This document shows positions 59,755 through 64,000 of a stretch of 64,000 bases of DNA, piece after piece (position 1 is the first letter of the stretch; each line of letters starts with the position of its first letter). The notes beneath the pieces are model-generated. The model ran no database searches. It was not told the DNA's origin and was given only the letters and a program-made list of their open reading frames with translations. The translations under genes were made by a program, and so were the position numbers. Origin of the DNA: Polyangiaceae bacterium (GTDB lineage Bacteria; Myxococcota_A; Polyangia; Polyangiales; Polyangiaceae); contig JBILLK010000017.1 of NCBI GenBank assembly GCA_044376115.1, positions 1-64,000 of the forward strand, in the 5' to 3' direction.

Positions 59755-62315
59755 GACGACTTAGCGGCGGATGGGTTGCCGAACAAATCCTCGAGAGCCT
59801 CCACGTCGGCCCGCGCGCGCTCTTTCTCCGCCTCGATCGCAGCGAAACGATGCGGCCAAACGCGGACGCACTCGCTGCGCATCCACCGGCGAAGCGACTG
59901 CTCGCCCTCGCGGTCAATCCAGGAGTCATGCACGGTCCGCACGGCTTCCTCATGGTACTTCTGCAGGCCGCGCGGATGCTTCGCCAAGGCCTCCAGGAAG
60001 TTGCAAATGCGTTCGACGTCGGCGCGGACGCGCAACAACATGCGGGTCCAGTCGCGCGGTGGCCCCGGAGCGACGGGAGCACTCCCTGGCGCAGCTCCTG
60101 CGGCCGGAGGGCCAGCTGCAGGTTGTGCCGGAGCAGCAGCCGCGGTCGGGAAGCCCTGCGTCGTCGGAAATCCCGAGGCCGACTTCTCCTCGCTCAGTCC
60201 GAGCTTTGAGCGCATCGATGAGAGCATGCCCGGAGAGGTAGCCGGTTTCTCCTCAGGCACTGCCGAGGACGCAGGTGCGGCCGAGACTTCTGCGCGACTC
60301 GTCGCCATGCCGAAGAACTGTTCGAGACCCGACATCTCGCGTTCGCGCAAGTCGCGATCCCCTGGGTCGGTCGCGTCGAGAATGTCGATGATTTGGCGGG
60401 CAAAGTAGCGCGACAACACCTCGAACGCGACGTCGGCTTTGGCCATCTCGTTGTTCTGGTAACGCACGACGCTCTCCGAGACGTGCCCAGAGCGGCCGAG
60501 CGCATCGATGCGATCCACCAAGGTCTTGCCACCGGGCAGCAACATCTCGAGGCGACCACCATCGTAGTGCGCCTCCGAGAACATCTCGGTCAGCATGCGC
60601 TCCACGCTCTCGCGCGAGGTATTGCGAAAGTCCTCGCCTAGCCCCGCGATCTTCGCTGCAACACGCTCGCGCATCTGCTTGCGCATCTCGATCTCGACGG
60701 CGGTTTCATTCATGAGGCCCGGGCTCGGCATCTGACGCCGCTTCGCCTCCGCCTCCTCGGGTGTGAGTCGTCCGAGAAGATCCGCGCGGATCTGACGGAT
60801 TCGCTCGTCGGCGCGTGTTGCGCGCTGAAGCCGAGCCGTCTCGCTCACCTCATGATCCATGAAAGCGGATAGACGTTTGCGGATCTCCGGGAGCAGGCCC
60901 ACCGGGTCTTCACCAGAGCGCACATGCTCAAACAAGGCGTCGAATTGCTGTTCGGAGCGCCTTTCGAACTCGCGATCCGAAAGAGCGTCTTTGACCGTCA
61001 CGAGCGTTCCTCGTAGCTGAGCCTCGACCTCGGCAAATTCTTGGCGCGCATGCGAGAGCACCTTCTGGTCGAGCTGCTCGACGTCGGTCGCCAAGTAGCG
61101 CGCAACCGCGTCCTGAAGCTTCTCGAGGCCGTGCACCGGAACGGTGGTTCCGAAGTGGTCCATCAGCTGCTTGGCCACCGGGTGATTGGGGTTGGGGCCC
61201 TCGTAGACCCAAACCTTCGAGTACGGAAAAACACGGTCAACGCCCTGTTGGGCGAAGTTACGTGCGGCGAGTTGCCAGTGGTAGTTGCCGTTCTCGTCGG
61301 GTTTGTCGAATAGATCGATCTTGGTCAAGACCACGAACATGCGATCTTTGAGCGAGATGCTGCGGTCGGCGGTCTGCGCTGTTCGAAGCAGTTCGATCTC
61401 GTTCTTCACGAGCGAAGGACGCGTCACGTCTTTCACAAAGATCGTGATGTCGACTTCGTTGGTGAGCGCTTCTTCGGTGTCACGGCGCGCCTTGTCACTT
61501 GGCGCGTCGATGCCAGGGAGATCGACGAGGACAACCCCGGGCATCGCACCCGCGACCGGGATCTTCACAGTGACGAGCTTGACGGCGCGTACACCGTGGT
61601 AGGGGCGATTGCCGTTCTTGGTGTCTTTGAGCGCAATGAACGGACGAATCACGTCGGCCAGTTCATCCAAGCTCTGCGCGGTCAGCGTCAGCGGCTCTTT
61701 GCCTAATTTTTCCTTAATCTGCGAGAGCGTTGCGCTGATCTCTTGCAGCTCGACAAGCGCCGCTTGCTCCCTTCGACCAGAGCGGTCGGGATCGTCTACT
61801 TCGTAGCCTTCTCGCGCTTTGAAGGCAGACTTGAGTCGAATGATCTCGGAGTCGGTCAAGCCTTGCCAACGTTCCGCACTGCCGGGTTCCAGCGCGTCGA
61901 AGTAGCTGGCGATGCGTTGCTTAAACTCCTCAGGGCCGTAAAAGCTCACGCTGGCGGAGAAGGTACCGTCGTCTGCCGGCTCCACCACCGTGGTTGACCA
62001 GGTGCAGCGCTCCGCCTCACTCGGCAGCAACTTCTCACTCTTGAGCCAGGCTGAGAGGAAGGCGCTCTTTCCCTGCTTCTCAAGGCCGACGACGCCGATC
62101 TTGACCACTCCCTTCGCGAGCCGCTTCTCGCGGTCGAGACAACGCGCCCGCAGGTCTTCGATCTTTCGCTTGCACTGCGCGAGGGAACGAGAGCTGTCGC
62201 TGTCTGCTGGGAAGTACGAAAGAAAGCGGTCACAGAGCTGCCGATATCGCAACGAGCGCTGCGCAATATCCCGAAGCTCGCCAGCCTTTTGAATGCGTCC
62301 TTGAGGACTCCACAT
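59751..62315 (-). CDS. Dynamin-like GTPase
   Basis: G1 GLEKQGKS, G2 LPSEAERCT, G3 DLPG, G4 TKID; helical C-terminus; aaggag RBS. Confidence 0.85.
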   Translation of the reverse strand: MWSPQGRIQKAGELRDIAQRSLRYRQLCDRFLSYFPADSDSSRSLAQCKRKIEDLRARCLDREKRLAKGVVKIGVVGLEKQGKSAFLSAWLKSEKLLPSEAERCTWSTTVVEPADDGTFSASVSFYGPEEFKQRIASYFDALEPGSAERWQGLTDSEIIRLKSAFKAREGYEVDDPDRSGRREQAALVELQEISATLSQIKEKLGKEPLTLTAQSLDELADVIRPFIALKDTKNGNRPYHGVRAVKLVTVKIPVAGAMPGVVLVDLPGIDAPSDKARRDTEEALTNEVDITIFVKDVTRPSLVKNEIELLRTAQTADRSISLKDRMFVVLTKIDLFDKPDENGNYHWQLAARNFAQQGVDRVFPYSKVWVYEGPNPNHPVAKQLMDHFGTTVPVHGLEKLQDAVARYLATDVEQLDQKVLSHARQEFAEVEAQLRGTLVTVKDALSDREFERRSEQQFDALFEHVRSGEDPVGLLPEIRKRLSAFMDHEVSETARLQRATRADERIRQIRADLLGRLTPEEAEAKRRQMPSPGLMNETAVEIEMRKQMRERVAAKIAGLGEDFRNTSRESVERMLTEMFSEAHYDGGRLEMLLPGGKTLVDRIDALGRSGHVSESVVRYQNNEMAKADVAFEVLSRYFARQIIDILDATDPGDRDLREREMSGLEQFFGMATSRAEVSAAPASSAVPEEKPATSPGMLSSMRSKLGLSEEKSASGFPTTQGFPTAAAAPAQPAAGPPAAGAAPGSAPVAPGPPRDWTRMLLRVRADVERICNFLEALAKHPRGLQKYHEEAVRTVHDSWIDREGEQSLRRWMRSECVRVWPHRFAAIEAEKERARADVEALEDLFGNPSAAKSS

Positions 62316-62332
62316 CGATCGACTCCTTATCC

Positions 62333-64000
62333 TTAACGCAACGCTTGAGACAGTCGCAGATGAGCGACGAGAGGTTCGGCCGTAGTCACCCCGGTATCCA
62401 ACCAGACAACGACCTCGTCCGGAGACACGACGGCCACCTTGAGTTTGCCGACGTGTCCCGGCGGCAAACCAGTCGGAACCAAGAACACCCGTGGGTCGTT
62501 CGACGTCATCTTCCCGGGCTCGTACTCCCGCGACGCGCGCAGCGGCATTTTGGAATCCCAGCGCCCAAACTCAAAGATGTGCGGACCGAGTTGGTCGGGC
62601 GCTCCGCTTGGCGCCCCCATCTGCACCAGAGCCGAGAACTTCGGCGGAAACCCACGTAGATCTCCGAGGAAGTAGCCAAAGCCTTGGGATGCTCGAACCA
62701 GATGGACTTCATGATTGGCGAGCTTGAGAGCTCCCAGCGCGACCGCGGTCTTTGGGGTGACACCGACCACCAGAACGCCGCGCTCGACACGAGGCGCGGA
62801 TTCATAAAGCACAAGCCCGGCCAACGGGCCGCCTTGCCCATCCGGCTTCCACGGCTGGAACGGACCGTCCTTCTTGAGACCGAGTTCCTCTGCGACGGCC
62901 TCAGCGACGAAGGCACTGCGTGAAGAATTCCCGGCCAGCAACACGACGATCCCGCGCTCTTCGATCGACGCGGGTGCGGGGCCAGTTTGACCGGCGATGG
63001 GGGGCCACGCCGCGCTGGCCAGCGTACTCGCGAGCAACTTGGTTCCCTCGCGGATACGCGCCCGCAAATGCGCGTGCAGGTCCGCGCCGAGTGAAGCTAG
63101 GTCGCCGCTCAAACTCTGGATCGCAACCTCGCCTCCATCGAGCCGCGCGAGGGTCAAATCTGGCGCACTTCGTGGCTGCTCGTGGGCGCCAAACTTCACA
63201 CGCTCGAGCAGCAGCTTGTGCTCGAGGCGGAGCCAATTCTGTCGTGCGGCGAGACTCCGCTTGTAGAGTTCTGGCTTCTTTGCGAGGTGGTTTTGCGGCA
63301 CCGTGGTTGGACGCATCATTGGAACGTCCAAGGCTTCCATCTCGGGCAAAACCGAGTTGTGTTGGTGCACGAGCCACGCGAACTCTTGCGTAAGCAAATC
63401 CCCGCCGAGGTCGTTGACTCCGTTGACCTGGAGCGTCTCGATGACCGCCCGACTTCCGAGCTTCTCTTGCTCCTCTTCGGTTGCTGGCCGGAAGCGCCCA
63501 CAAGCGATGTCGAGCGTTCCTCCGCCGAGGTCGAAGACGACAAAGCGCAGTTCACCGTGGCGCTCGAGAAGCGGCGCTAGGTCTGGATGAGCGCACAGTT
63601 CGGGGCAAACCTCCGCGGCGAACGCTTCCGCCTCCGAGGCCACGACGTCCACTCGCAAGTCCTCCTGGGGAAGAGCCTCGGGGATCGACAGCAAAAGGCC
63701 CGCGCGAATCTCTTCGTCGATCAAAGCTCGGAGCTTGGCATCCGTTTTTGACGGGTGCGTGATCACGTAGTGCAAGAAGACGTCTTGCCCGGGTCGGTTG
63801 ATCGCGCGACCGAGGAGGTAGGCATAAGCCCGCAAGAGCGCTCGCACTCGTGCTTCATCCAGTAGGAAGTCTCGCTGCTTTTCGCGGTCACGAAGTTGTG
63901 GCGACTCATCGAGGACCAACACGCGCTCTGGCAAGGTCTTGAGTTGACCGATCACCGCGTTGGGCGCGTCGGCCATCTTTGCTACCGCTGCGTGACTCCC
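62333..64000 (-). CDS. Divergent Hsp70/actin-like ATPase-fold protein (5' end outside window)
   Basis: Frame open to the edge (GSHAAVAKM...); ITHP, SEAEAFA, VFDLGGGTLDI, LGGDLL, LAGNSSR, KTAVALG. Confidence 0.8.
   Translation of the reverse strand, partial: GSHAAVAKMADAPNAVIGQLKTLPERVLVLDESPQLRDREKQRDFLLDEARVRALLRAYAYLLGRAINRPGQDVFLHYVITHPSKTDAKLRALIDEEIRAGLLLSIPEALPQEDLRVDVVASEAEAFAAEVCPELCAHPDLAPLLERHGELRFVVFDLGGGTLDIACGRFRPATEEEQEKLGSRAVIETLQVNGVNDLGGDLLTQEFAWLVHQHNSVLPEMEALDVPMMRPTTVPQNHLAKKPELYKRSLAARQNWLRLEHKLLLERVKFGAHEQPRSAPDLTLARLDGGEVAIQSLSGDLASLGADLHAHLRARIREGTKLLASTLASAAWPPIAGQTGPAPASIEERGIVVLLAGNSSRSAFVAEAVAEELGLKKDGPFQPWKPDGQGGPLAGLVLYESAPRVERGVLVVGVTPKTAVALGALKLANHEVHLVRASQGFGYFLGDLRGFPPKFSALVQMGAPSGAPDQLGPHIFEFGRWDSKMPLRASREYEPGKMTSNDPRVFLVPTGLPPGHVGKLKVAVVSPDEVVVWLDTGVTTAEPLVAHLRLSQALR

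Overview
GC-rich bacterial DNA, very likely a myxobacterium (Polyangiaceae/Sorangium-like). This is inferred from three Hanks-type Ser/Thr kinases, Gly-rich lipoproteins, a MYXO-CTERM-like Kelch protein, a fibro-slime protein, TPR/PEGA proteins and a stand-alone spd-type EF-G. The window is densely coding, with about 57 genes. I see no rRNA, tRNA, CRISPR array, transposase or integrase. Left to right: (1) a truncated TPR membrane protein with a 30-bp coding tandem repeat, then htpG and greB. (2) A ~17-kb glycan biosynthesis/tailoring island (5691-22436) with CDP-sugar enzymes, several methyltransferases, a PhyH dioxygenase, WbqC, a DegT aminotransferase and a VOC-FkbH-ACP-acyltransferase cassette. 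It has two GT2-TPR glycosyltransferases but no flippase, polymerase or ABC exporter, and three of its domains have lost canonical catalytic motifs. (3) Mixed housekeeping and accessory genes (nadB, alkD-like, UDG, kinases, a two-component pair, fusA, HtrA, LOG). (4) At the right edge, a tightly coupled minus-strand operon encoding a divergent Hsp70/actin-fold ATPase, a dynamin-like GTPase and a long coiled-coil protein. This operon and the glycosylation island are the best candidates for undescribed systems. All calls come from manual motif recognition; no database searches were run.
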